Assembly: GCA_964343205.1 (NCBI GenBank)
Contig: CAYFID010000002.1
Location: forward strand, 1 to 48,113
Direction: 5' to 3'
Length of the DNA stretch: 48,113 nucleotides
Source of the DNA: an uncultured Candidatus Poseidoniales archaeon
GTDB lineage: Archaea; Thermoplasmatota; Poseidoniia; Poseidoniales; Thalassarchaeaceae
In this document: positions 17,001 through 24,737 of the stretch, piece by piece
Layout of the letters: each line of letters starts with the position of its first letter
Numbering within the stretch: the first letter of the stretch is position 1
Translations under genes and position numbers: made by a program
The notes under the pieces: generated by a model
What the model was told of the DNA's origin: nothing
The model's input: only the letters and a program-made list of their open reading frames with translations
Databases searched by the model: none

Positions 17001-17779
17001 TGGCTGCAGCAGTGGTATTAGGCGGAATTCCATTCCCACTAACGGTTGACCCATTCACTGGGGAATTTGTTGAATGGATGGTTCCATGGCTCTTGTTGGA
17101 GTCGCTACTGGTTCTTTCCGTACTCGTTCATCATTGGGTTAACAAGAAGAGAGACGAGCTGGGCAAGGACGACGGTCCAGATGGTATCGGTATAGGGACT
17201 CGTTCCATTGCTATAGTGATGCTGTCATTCGGACCGGCTGGATTGCTGGCGGCTGCTAGCGCCATTTACAGGAGCATCAGAACTTCCCAGCCAACTGGAC
17301 TGGGGATTGCTCTTCCAGGAGCGGTATTGGCTTTCTTAGCACTAGCCTCGTGGAACACATACTTGTGGGAAATTGTTGGAGAACTATTGCTATTTCTCGG
17401 AGTATTGCTAATTGTTGCTTGTGCACTCACAGTCCCTCTAGGACTGGAAAAGTGGACGGTGACGTTGGCCACAGACGGGCACATCTTTGCAATTGCAGGA
17501 GCGCTTACCCTGGGTTTGGCAGGGGGGCTAGACCTACCCATGCTTCTTGTATTGATGTCCACAGTGGTTTGGGTAGTCGGGATTCTACAACTAAGGAAGT
17601 CGCTCCGAATTTGGGGCCTTGTGGATCTAGTGGCAGCCTTGCTTTGCTCAATCGTTTTCTCTTCGAGCGAAATCGTGCAGCCTGACAAGATGTTCTTGGG
17701 AATGATCGTATTGGCTGCAGAACTAGGAATTGTTGCCTGGCTAGGTCTAGCAAACCAGGAGGATCTATCCAAGGACTAA
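14027..17779 (+). CDS. Very large polytopic integral membrane protein (1250 aa, roughly 35 hydrophobic helices) of unknown function
   Basis: The ATG is preceded by ggaggg 4 nt upstream. The N-terminal segment of about 85 aa is acidic. Almost uninterrupted hydrophobic segments follow, with one charged loop (KIAEMAQKRKKDKEKPDTEDLAELL) at about residues 800-850. I recognised no catalytic or transporter signature. Confidence 0.75.
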   Translation: MAADEPDDKIIRERKFKRSLDIDIVEFEDERKKQEAVTEEVDEALGDVFDPFSPSVAEAPGAVGSDGAVEHPHESDLVTELSVDGERKVNWVIMGSMIVLYSAISIQVGRTFDPLPGTVVLVLLAMIGFVLGEIWVPRQRMSLLGVTWIIISMKVLYGLALELRHWEIIGDDLYLGLALLFLVGVNILVAYRYDHDAIAAQSTLVLLAIGSTAGTEFGENGVALMILIATILLHGIAINRESGNLASLGIASSNLWIGMHAATSGFEIGQLRVLPLETPLLLFLLLMAVSALNAIMAAKFAKKSNWFSKGFETLGLGRPGLWGVSISLGMVGAFMVVASHREDLGYALGIVTFLGGAFGGSYLVVRGVEPRRVAWPLLSSASILTVVLLSSETVENLLGISSYQIFTLVGAALTGWVILRDQESVTDRVLWIGSVVILAILVLLVPAGPSRDGGGVVLLGTLSVLHLGTASLAIKRDSPSLSGVTALLPWTWLLVVGLLEETLRTVMLANDISDWNGFVDLSPIPLAAYLGLSSMLLFLVNIRMGEGGVNLASRFLGISELSSSIRDSGVLNLWSMGLWLPMLTIFFMAQFDGFTTVSIVAVLAILSGVHVLGQVLGYRNNGVDGIIGILAISSLAVQWRHGLDEAMMTLLCISIASILYFGEEEEFGLGLGVMSMPIIISIARKEPTYLLETPSWYAEWGGRSALPDLETVTILCTATILGVYLPRAEKMESMLKSAGAAFFLLVVTNVMALDSDALIVKSSSVAMFAIVSIWLISRAEIRSELRSVALRDAIVSSTLVSGALNGNLVGNSSKDSQQDPLVSTYNPKIAEMAQKRKKDKEKPDTEDLAELLTSDLSHTPVIGLLVIGIVMSASVIFAAMGSSVLMLIVSGSFSCIIVLQIRNRTRGLELDLPHVLGMEMPIALTISGICLALVTAHIIPVDSSPNELLDMAVASVLILVLTIISLLHQKNLLDRIEIALDWFVFPILAARLAAAVVLGGIPFPLTVDPFTGEFVEWMVPWLLLESLLVLSVLVHHWVNKKRDELGKDDGPDGIGIGTRSIAIVMLSFGPAGLLAAASAIYRSIRTSQPTGLGIALPGAVLAFLALASWNTYLWEIVGELLLFLGVLLIVACALTVPLGLEKWTVTLATDGHIFAIAGALTLGLAGGLDLPMLLVLMSTVVWVVGILQLRKSLRIWGLVDLVAALLCSIVFSSSEIVQPDKMFLGMIVLAAELGIVAWLGLANQEDLSKD

Positions 17780-17825
17780 ACCAGAAGTGCCAACGTTGAT
17801 GACGGTCGAGCAATTCTAACGTCTT

Positions 17826-18788
17826 GTGACAAGGTCCTGGATATCAGACACTCCGGATGAGGTTGAGCATCCGCCGATTCCTCTTGGCCTGAACAAGATG
17901 GCCGTACCTAGGGCTGCTCTAGTTCTATCTGTAGTCACTGGAATCAGTCTGATAGTGTCGACCATCTGGGTGGGCCTGTCTGCCATGAGTTTTCTAGAAG
18001 ATCTAGAGGCCTCCTTCGGTTCGACCGATGTGGACATGCTAAAGGAGAACGGTAGATGGACTTGGGAGGTAGGGTTGCTATTCGACACCTGCTCTTCAAG
18101 AGAGGACGACTGGGTATGGCCTGATTCTCTAGCTGACCAGGACGACGATTTTCTATTTCCAGGAGAGTTGCGGTGTGACTGGGAGCATCAAGGAGATGGG
18201 GATGCTGCGAGCGTTGTAGTCTACAATAGAGGAAATGAGACTCTAAATCTGATGATGGAGATAAGCGGTGGGGGAGTTGTGTTCGAGGAGAGCAACGAGC
18301 CCTATCACCCAATCTACGACCTTGCCTCCAATGACAGTGTGATCTTTGAAATTGATCTGATTGAGGCAGTAACTGAGCGCGAAATCAGTATTACTGCTAC
18401 GCACATCACTGTCCTCCAAGCACAAGTTAGGCTAGACGTCAATATCTTCCAGGGAGCCGAAAACAGGGACGTTCATATTCAAGACGGTGATTCTGTGGAG
18501 GTCCACTACACTGTTTGGGACGCTGATACAGGAGAAGAGCTAGATGATGGAACTTGGATTGAGACTGCCGGTGATCCATGGTTTTCAATCGAAGGTTTTG
18601 GATGGTCGGCCATAGGTCTTGACATTGACAACGATAGAGGTGGAGGGTTCCCTCTTATCGATACAGGGACCACCCACACCACACTTCTCCCTCCCCCGAT
18701 TGCATATGGAAATAGCGAGGGTCACGAGCTGGAGCATACCTGGCTGAGGTTTGAATTGAAGCTAGAGAGAGCCCCAATCTCTGAGTAA
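17826..18788 (+). CDS. Membrane-anchored protein with a C-terminal FKBP-like (peptidyl-prolyl isomerase fold) domain
   Basis: The N-terminal TM helix is AALVLSVVTGISLIVSTIWVGL. The C-terminal segment GDSVEVHYTVWDADTGEELDDG ... LLPPPIAYGNSEGHE...WLRFELKLERA parallels the FKBP pattern (G.tV.VHYtG.l.dG..FDs ... i.P..aYG ... L.F.veLl.i). The start is GTG; an alternative ATG lies at 17898. Confidence 0.55.
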   Translation: MTRSWISDTPDEVEHPPIPLGLNKMAVPRAALVLSVVTGISLIVSTIWVGLSAMSFLEDLEASFGSTDVDMLKENGRWTWEVGLLFDTCSSREDDWVWPDSLADQDDDFLFPGELRCDWEHQGDGDAASVVVYNRGNETLNLMMEISGGGVVFEESNEPYHPIYDLASNDSVIFEIDLIEAVTEREISITATHITVLQAQVRLDVNIFQGAENRDVHIQDGDSVEVHYTVWDADTGEELDDGTWIETAGDPWFSIEGFGWSAIGLDIDNDRGGGFPLIDTGTTHTTLLPPPIAYGNSEGHELEHTWLRFELKLERAPISE

Positions 18789-18824
18789 TTTTCGCGAAAG
18801 TGACTTGACTGAGTTCCAACGGGG

Positions 18825-20132
18825 ATGGTCGTGGCAGAGGTAGAGCATACCGCAATAATCCCCTCAAAAAAGATGGTTTCCAGCTTGAAGAAGAAGGCGG
18901 AGCCCGAGTCTCCGAGGAAGGGAGAGCCGCCGTTCTTCATGACTGAGAAGATGAGCAGGCTCTCTACGCCGTGGTCGATCGCATCAATTAGAGCGAGTCA
19001 AATCGATCCAATGTCTCTCCCGGCTGGAGTGATACTGGACGCAGCCGCTGGGTCTGGATTACAGCTAATTGCTTTCTCAAAGTATCTCAAGAGGCCTGCC
19101 TTGGGGATAGAGCTAGATGAACAGGTAGCAAGGTATTGCGCGGCCAACATGAGTCTAAATTCTGATGATGAGATTCAGCGCTCCCTAGATCGGGTATTGG
19201 TCGGTGATGGGTGCTCTGCAGACTCTGCGATCTCCACGTACTGGTCCAGTCTTAGGGAGTCTGGGACTAGAGCACACCCCCCTATAGCGATGCTTCACAT
19301 TGACCCAGCAAGACCTACAGATACTCAGAATCACAGCATCGATGAGATGCAGCCAGATATCAAAGCGGTTCTGAAAGCATGGAGCAAACACCTTCAATTG
19401 GGCCCTAGGGGGCCTGCAATATTGCTGGACCTATCCCCTAGGTTAGATTCAGTCCAACGTGCAATGATTGACGGCATTCTCGAAACGACTTTTCCGGGCA
19501 TCTCCAGAACTTGGGAGTGGCTGAGCAGAGGAGGGGGGAGGATCGATAGGCTCTCTGTTTGGGTAGGTTCGATTTCTTCGACTAACCCTCGAAGATGCGT
19601 GAGAGTTGGGAGAAAGAATGTAATGGGAAGCATTGAGGGTGAACCAGCGGGAGCAAACATAACTTCATTCAATAGTTCCATGGAAGTTCCTCGAGGGGCT
19701 TACCTTACGGTTTTGGACCCTGCTCTGATCGAAAGTGGTCTGCAGGATTCATGGCTGGGGTCAGCAATTCCAAGCGGAGTGGGGTCTTCTTGGGTCAGAA
19801 CTGATGGAAGGAGGCCTTTACTAATCCACACTGATAAAATCTCAGAAGAAGAAGACGTCAGAGGATTTGTGGTTGCAACGGGGAAGATTGTCCAGCATAG
19901 ACTCACCCCTCCGGAACTCCACACCATTGACCAAGTGGCTTCATCGGTTGCTAGGAAGGGGATTGGAAAGATCACACTTCGATGCAGCCTAGACCCCAAA
20001 ATACATCCAACCCTTCAGAGAAGGATTACGAAGGAATTGAAGGGGGTGGAAGGTGGAAATGGATTCATGGTAGATATGGACGTGCAGAGGCCTTCCGGGG
20101 ATCGGAAATTGTATATTGTTTGTAAGGAGTAG
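18825..20132 (+). CDS. Class I SAM-dependent methyltransferase with a THUMP-like C-terminal region
   Basis: Motif I is VILDAAAGSGLQLIAFS and the post-motif is HIDPARP. The later blocks TWEWLSRGGGRIDRLSVWVG and AYLTVLDPALIESGL resemble the conserved blocks of bacterial 'DPARR'-type MTases that carry a THUMP-like domain. The start codon is uncertain because several in-frame Met follow. Confidence 0.6.
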   Translation: MVVAEVEHTAIIPSKKMVSSLKKKAEPESPRKGEPPFFMTEKMSRLSTPWSIASIRASQIDPMSLPAGVILDAAAGSGLQLIAFSKYLKRPALGIELDEQVARYCAANMSLNSDDEIQRSLDRVLVGDGCSADSAISTYWSSLRESGTRAHPPIAMLHIDPARPTDTQNHSIDEMQPDIKAVLKAWSKHLQLGPRGPAILLDLSPRLDSVQRAMIDGILETTFPGISRTWEWLSRGGGRIDRLSVWVGSISSTNPRRCVRVGRKNVMGSIEGEPAGANITSFNSSMEVPRGAYLTVLDPALIESGLQDSWLGSAIPSGVGSSWVRTDGRRPLLIHTDKISEEEDVRGFVVATGKIVQHRLTPPELHTIDQVASSVARKGIGKITLRCSLDPKIHPTLQRRITKELKGVEGGNGFMVDMDVQRPSGDRKLYIVCKE

Positions 20133-20190
20133 GTTTCAGGGTACTTTCTATACCTCCAATCGGTTCAAATAGGGACTGTAGTTCGCCGAG

Positions 20191-20700
20191 ATGCCCAAAG
20201 GGCCACCGAAAGGTGAACACGGGGGAACCGTAATGTCAAAAGTGAACGAAGCTGAGCTCGGAGATGACTTCTCGTACATTGTCAGGATTGCCGATACCGA
20301 TATCGATGGTCTCAAACCGATTACCTATGGACTTACGTCAGTAAAGGGGATTGGAATTAGGACGTCTATGATGATATGCCGGCTTTCTGGGATAGAAGGA
20401 GGTCGGCTGGGCGGTCACCTGACGACCGAGGAGCAGGATCAACTTAGGAATGCCATAGACGAATACGCCACCAACGTTCCTTGGTGGATGGTCAATCGAC
20501 AGAGGGACCTAGAGACTAACGAAGACGCCCATATTATTGCCAATGAAGTTAGCATGACCAAGGACGATGATGTCGCTAGATTGGCTGAAATCAAAACTTA
20601 CCGAGGGATGAGGCACAGAAGCGGCCACAAGGTAAGAGGTCAGAGGCTGAGGGCGAACGGCCGTAGAGGCTCAGCACTGGGCGTTCAGAGGAAGAAGTGA
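20191..20700 (+). CDS. rps13: 30S ribosomal protein S13 (uS13), archaeal type
   Basis: Matching segments include DFSYIVRIADTDIDGLKPITYGLTSVKGIGIRTS and YRGMRHRSGHKVRGQRLRANGRRG. The true start may be the ATG at 20233 (MSKVNE...). Confidence 0.93.
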   Translation: MPKGPPKGEHGGTVMSKVNEAELGDDFSYIVRIADTDIDGLKPITYGLTSVKGIGIRTSMMICRLSGIEGGRLGGHLTTEEQDQLRNAIDEYATNVPWWMVNRQRDLETNEDAHIIANEVSMTKDDDVARLAEIKTYRGMRHRSGHKVRGQRLRANGRRGSALGVQRKK

Positions 20701-20709
20701 GGTTAGAAC

Positions 20710-21333
20710 ATGGGCGAGCCAAAGTTTTCCAGACCACGAACACAGACCCCAACTCATCCTTGGAAGCAGGCCAGAATCGACGAAGAACACGACCTGAAGG
20801 AGAGGTACGGTCTGAAGAAAATCGGAGGGATGAGGGAGATCTGGAGAGAGAAGTCCGCTCTCAGAAGGCATCGAAACCAAGCAATGAAGCTTATCGGAAG
20901 GGTGGATTCATCGGAAGGTCACTATGCAAAGGAAAGGGAGCAATTGCTTGACTCTCTCTCTAGGAAGGGGCTTCTTCAGTCAGGAGCAGATATCGGTGAC
21001 GTGCTGGAGATAAACGTAGAGCATATGCTTTCCAGGAGATTGCAGTCCGTAGTCTACTACAAGGGGCTAGCTCCATCCATGAGAGCTGCTAGGAATCTAA
21101 TTGTGCATGGGCACATTTGCATCGGTAAGCAGAGAATGACGGTTCCAGGATACCATGTCTTGAAGGAAGAGGAGGATTCACTGCAGTACACCTCAAACTC
21201 TCCATTCGCTGACCCGGAGCATTCGTTCAGGAAAGAATTGGAGACTCGTAGAGTGTCTTCTGAAGATAATCTGGAAGATACGCCCGCTGAAGGTGATTCA
21301 GAGAATGAAGAGGACCCCAAGGAGGTAGAATGA
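20710..21333 (+). CDS. rps4: 30S ribosomal protein S4 (uS4), archaeal type, with an acidic C-terminal extension
   Basis: Matching segments include PKFSRPRTQTPTHPWKQARIDEEHDLKERYGLKKIGGMREIWREKSALRRHR and an S4 RNA-binding domain (ARNLIVHGHICIG). The tail is EDNLEDTPAEGDSENEEDPKEVE. Confidence 0.93.
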   Translation: MGEPKFSRPRTQTPTHPWKQARIDEEHDLKERYGLKKIGGMREIWREKSALRRHRNQAMKLIGRVDSSEGHYAKEREQLLDSLSRKGLLQSGADIGDVLEINVEHMLSRRLQSVVYYKGLAPSMRAARNLIVHGHICIGKQRMTVPGYHVLKEEEDSLQYTSNSPFADPEHSFRKELETRRVSSEDNLEDTPAEGDSENEEDPKEVE

Positions 21334-21713
21334 TGGGTCACAAGGCGATTCTGCACATTTACAGCACGTTCAACAATGTGCTGATTACCGCCACAGATCT
21401 TACAGGAGCCGAGACAGTTTGCAAGGTTTCAGGAGGGATGGTGACCAAAGGTGGAAGCGACTCTGGAGGGCAGTTCGCAGCGACTCGGGCAGCGGAGAAA
21501 ATTGCTGAAATGCTGTCTGAGAAGGAATTCGACCAGGTGATAGTCAAGTATAGAGGAGCAGGTGGGAACAGATCAAACAGTGCACCGGGTGCTACAGCTG
21601 CCATTAGGGCATTGACAAGGGCCGGGGTTAGAATCACAAGGATTGAAGATGTGACTCCGATGCCAACTGACGGTACTAAGAGCAAGGGTGGTCGAAGGGG
21701 ACGAAGAGTGTGA
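21330..21713 (+). CDS. rps11: 30S ribosomal protein S11 (uS11), archaeal type
   Basis: Matching segments include HIYSTFNNVLITATDLTGAE and PMPTDGTKSKGGRRGRRV. Its start overlaps the S4 stop (ATGA), which is consistent with translational coupling. Confidence 0.93.
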   Translation: MMGHKAILHIYSTFNNVLITATDLTGAETVCKVSGGMVTKGGSDSGGQFAATRAAEKIAEMLSEKEFDQVIVKYRGAGGNRSNSAPGATAAIRALTRAGVRITRIEDVTPMPTDGTKSKGGRRGRRV

Positions 21714-21725
21714 AGAGGTGAAACT

Positions 21726-22613
21726 ATGGTGAAAATCAAGATTTTAGAAGAGACTGAGGAAAGCATGAAACTACTGCTCTCTGGAACCGATAGGAGCTTC
21801 GCCAATGCTCTAAGGAGATCGTTGATTTCAGATACCCCTAAGATGGCAATTGACAGCGTCCGATTCCAGCTAGGAACCAAGGAGCAAGATGAAGAGATAT
21901 GGGAGACGACTGGCCCTATTCCAGACGAAATGGTCGCACAAAGGCTAGCGATGATTCCTATTCCCACTATGCATGACAAGTTCCATTTCCAAGATGAGTG
22001 CCCCAACTGCAAAGATCTGGTGGAAGAAGATCGAGGATGCTTGGAATGCCAGATGATTTACACCTGCGTCGTCTTTGGCACCGAAGGTGGACGCTGGGTT
22101 ACAGCAGGCGATATGAAGTACCTAGGGGAAGAGTCGTTGGAGATTCCAGCAGATTACAAGAGCATTCCGATTACCAAGCTTCTCAAAGGCCAAATGATCG
22201 AGTTCTATGCAACTGCAGTAATGGGACGAGGCAGCGAGCACACGAAGTGGTCTCCGGTTTGCGGAGTATCATTTTACCCTAGGAGAGTGGGCGTCCTGAA
22301 TAACAAGACAAAGGCAAAGATTCTCTGGGATATGGACCTAGAAATAAAAGCAAAGGACTTCGGTAAGGATGGGAAAATGGATGACATAGACAAGGTCAAA
22401 ATTCTATCCATGGAGTTAAATCACGTCGGGGAAGGTACAGAGGAATCTAGAGAGTTTAAAGAAGCTGTATCCTTGGAGGAAATCCCAGGCGAGTTCATTC
22501 TAGAGTTTGAGACAGATGGCTCAATGACGCCAAAGGTGGCCTTCGAGAAAGCATCGGAAGAGCTAGCAGGTAAATTCGGTTCTTTGGAACAAGACCTCGC
22601 TAGTTCGCTATGA
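21726..22613 (+). CDS. rpoD: DNA-directed RNA polymerase subunit D (Rpo3)
   Basis: Matching segments include FANALRRSLISDTPKMAIDSVRF, PDEMVAQRLAMIPIP, and a cysteine-rich insert ECPNCKDLVEEDRGCLECQ. It sits in the canonical position after S11. Confidence 0.9.
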   Translation: MVKIKILEETEESMKLLLSGTDRSFANALRRSLISDTPKMAIDSVRFQLGTKEQDEEIWETTGPIPDEMVAQRLAMIPIPTMHDKFHFQDECPNCKDLVEEDRGCLECQMIYTCVVFGTEGGRWVTAGDMKYLGEESLEIPADYKSIPITKLLKGQMIEFYATAVMGRGSEHTKWSPVCGVSFYPRRVGVLNNKTKAKILWDMDLEIKAKDFGKDGKMDDIDKVKILSMELNHVGEGTEESREFKEAVSLEEIPGEFILEFETDGSMTPKVAFEKASEELAGKFGSLEQDLASSL

Positions 22614-22653
22614 CTTTCCAACCTTTCATTACCAGTGCTCTGGATGAGTAGTT

Positions 22654-23631
22654 ATGCCTACTATGCTGGGGAGGGGGCACTGCGGAGCTCACCTTTCACT
22701 AATTTTCACTATAGAGGATGACGTCGTAGAACCTCTTTCCCAAGGGAGCAGAGGAGCCGGACTCTGCCTAGAAGATGGAGTGGAGGCTATCGCTAAGGGT
22801 GAAGAAGGAGTGGGGAGGCTAATTGTACGCTTTCTTGGTGGTGATTATGACCCAAGCATGTATGAAGAGGTGCTCAAGACTCTGGTTGATGAGGTGGGCA
22901 AGGCAGGTGATGTGGATTGGGAACTCAGCATCAGGATGGCTTTGCCTCCATCTCAGGGCTTCGGAATGTCTGCATCTGGTGCTATTGCTGCGGCAATATC
23001 GTTCCAGAGGGCAATTGGAATCCCTCATGAGGAGTGTATTCGAAGATCATTCAAGATTGCACATCTAGTGGAAAGAAGCAGGTCTAGCGGATTGGGTGAC
23101 ACGACTGCTCTATCTTCTGGCGGAGTTGAGAGGAGATTGTCTGCTGGCTCCCCCTACAAAGGGGAGCTGCTTGACCATGGCCCTGGGAAATCGGAGGGTT
23201 GGTCTTGTGGGACACCAGTTCTTCTATGCTGGAGGGAGAAGACCGGCACCCTGACCTCTGGGTATATCGATGACCCTGTTTGGAAGAAGGCAATTAGTGA
23301 AGCTGGAATGGCGTCAATGAAAAGAATCGGTTCTGGTGAATGGGGGATCAGTAGGTGGGAGGGACTAATCGAATCCTCCAGAGTGTTCGCTACTGAAAGT
23401 GGCCTAGAGGAAGACGCAAGTCGACTAGAAATGATCGAAACGGTAAACGAGGCTATCTCCAAGTCTGGATTTGATGAGAAAGTCGAGGGTCTTCTTTGCA
23501 TGCTTGGAGAGAGTGTGGTTTTAGTCCCCAAAGACCCGCATAGTGAGGGGGAATGGATTGGATTATTGTCAGACGTTCTGCAACAATCTGGGCTCATATC
23601 TTTCCAAAGTAGAATAGGACAGTTGATGTGA
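22654..23631 (+). CDS. GHMP-family kinase, possibly an archaeal pantoate kinase (COG1829-like)
   Basis: The GHMP phosphate-binding motif is PPSQGFGMSASGAIAAAISF. The N-terminal GSRGAG and the later GLGDTTALSSGGVERR blocks resemble what I recall of pantoate kinases. Substrate assignment is tentative. Confidence 0.5.
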   Translation: MPTMLGRGHCGAHLSLIFTIEDDVVEPLSQGSRGAGLCLEDGVEAIAKGEEGVGRLIVRFLGGDYDPSMYEEVLKTLVDEVGKAGDVDWELSIRMALPPSQGFGMSASGAIAAAISFQRAIGIPHEECIRRSFKIAHLVERSRSSGLGDTTALSSGGVERRLSAGSPYKGELLDHGPGKSEGWSCGTPVLLCWREKTGTLTSGYIDDPVWKKAISEAGMASMKRIGSGEWGISRWEGLIESSRVFATESGLEEDASRLEMIETVNEAISKSGFDEKVEGLLCMLGESVVLVPKDPHSEGEWIGLLSDVLQQSGLISFQSRIGQLM

Positions 23632-23640
23632 AACTAATCA

Positions 23641-24717
23641 TCATTTTGAGTTCTCGTGGAATTCCTCCAATGGCTTGAGGTCCAGTTGAGTGGAATCCAA
23701 CTTAGTGGCACCTCTGAGCCTAAGTCCATCGCAGAATCCGTGCCTATACACCAATGCACCTTGACCATACTCTGCCACGTATCTGTCTACCTGCTTCTGA
23801 GTTTTCTTCTTAGGGAACTTTAGATCGGCACCGAAGAAATGCTTGGCGTCAATCCATGCACAAGGGATACCGTTGATCCTTACGTCGTCCAGCAGAAGCA
23901 AGTCTGGAGTGATGATTGCTCTTCCTTCTTTTCTGGTCTGCTCGTTCAGTAGTTCCTCTTGTCTTCGGAATCGGACCCCCAAGGAGTCGAAGTGGTCGCA
24001 AAGGATTTCCTCGAACACTTCTGCCGCATTCTGTGTCTCTGTTTGGTTCACAGAACTTACACGATCTACTGACTCGGCAAGTTCAAACTGCTCTCTGTCT
24101 CTCTTGCTCAATTTTGAAGGATTCTTGTTCAGGGTTTCCTTGATTCTCGTCTTAGTCCATCCTCTGCCGGTAAGGACTGCTCTGAAGGTGTTGACTGGGG
24201 GTGCATCGAACCTCTTTGAAAGTGCGATAATGCTCTCACCGGATTCATATCGTCTACTAATTTCATTTGATCTACGCATTAGCTTGGAGTGGGAATAAAC
24301 ACTCTTCTCCTGATTCAGGGCTGCTCTCAGGGAGAGTGCCTGTTCCAGAGAAATCGGCATTCCATCCAATTGCTTAGCTATTTCTTGCACCCTTTCCTCA
24401 GGAAGAAAACCGAATTCTCCTGGAATGCATGCTATCTTTCCTGCTGCGGTTTGTACTTCCTTGGGAACTGCATTTGTGTTCCACCTTATGTTTACCTTCT
24501 TTGGAGGGGGGTCGATTACTTCTGGAATTCCCATTGGTCTGGGTTTTTGTGAGAACCTAGCCAGAGCCCTCTCAACCTCTTTTGATTTTGGTCGGCCGCC
24601 GTTTTCCAGAGGAGGTTTGGTCTCCTTCCTTGGTCTTCGGCGGCGCCTTCGACGCCCGCGGCGCCGCTTGGCACTCTTGTCTTCACTCAATGAGCCTCGC
24701 AGTAGAAGGCGCCCCAT
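23641..24717 (-). CDS. CDIN1/C15orf41-like 'TPD' family PD-(D/E)xK nuclease with a basic, poly-Arg N-terminal region
   Basis: The C-terminal block RAIITPDLLLLDDVRINGIPCAWIDAKHFFGADL...VDRYVAEYGQGALVYRHGFCDGL contains TPD ... (E/D)xK, the core motif of the TPD/CDIN1 family. It parallels my recollection of human CDIN1: KTPDFIL...WIESKASFGDE...FGPGLVIYWYGF. The N-terminus reads KRRRGRRRRRRRPRKETKPP. Confidence 0.65.
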   Translation of the reverse strand: MGRLLLRGSLSEDKSAKRRRGRRRRRRRPRKETKPPLENGGRPKSKEVERALARFSQKPRPMGIPEVIDPPPKKVNIRWNTNAVPKEVQTAAGKIACIPGEFGFLPEERVQEIAKQLDGMPISLEQALSLRAALNQEKSVYSHSKLMRRSNEISRRYESGESIIALSKRFDAPPVNTFRAVLTGRGWTKTRIKETLNKNPSKLSKRDREQFELAESVDRVSSVNQTETQNAAEVFEEILCDHFDSLGVRFRRQEELLNEQTRKEGRAIITPDLLLLDDVRINGIPCAWIDAKHFFGADLKFPKKKTQKQVDRYVAEYGQGALVYRHGFCDGLRLRGATKLDSTQLDLKPLEEFHENSK

Positions 24718-24737
24718 GAACCCACCGCGTCATAGGG

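Noticed and set aside
16195-17772. Long minus-strand ORFs (172 aa and 168 aa) inside the 1250-aa membrane-protein gene
   Set aside because: They are antisense to a continuous 3.75-kb ORF with a coherent TM-helix periodicity. No independent start or promoter signals were seen.
21359-22012. 217-aa minus-strand ORF
   Set aside because: It lies antisense to the unmistakable S11 and RpoD genes, and its Ser/Leu/Pro-rich product has no motifs.
24631-24672. GC-rich CGN-repeat stretch, considered as a possible assembly artefact or non-coding low-complexity island
   Set aside because: It is in frame within a long ORF whose C-terminus has strong family motifs. It simply encodes the poly-Arg tract and is reported under the TPD nuclease finding.
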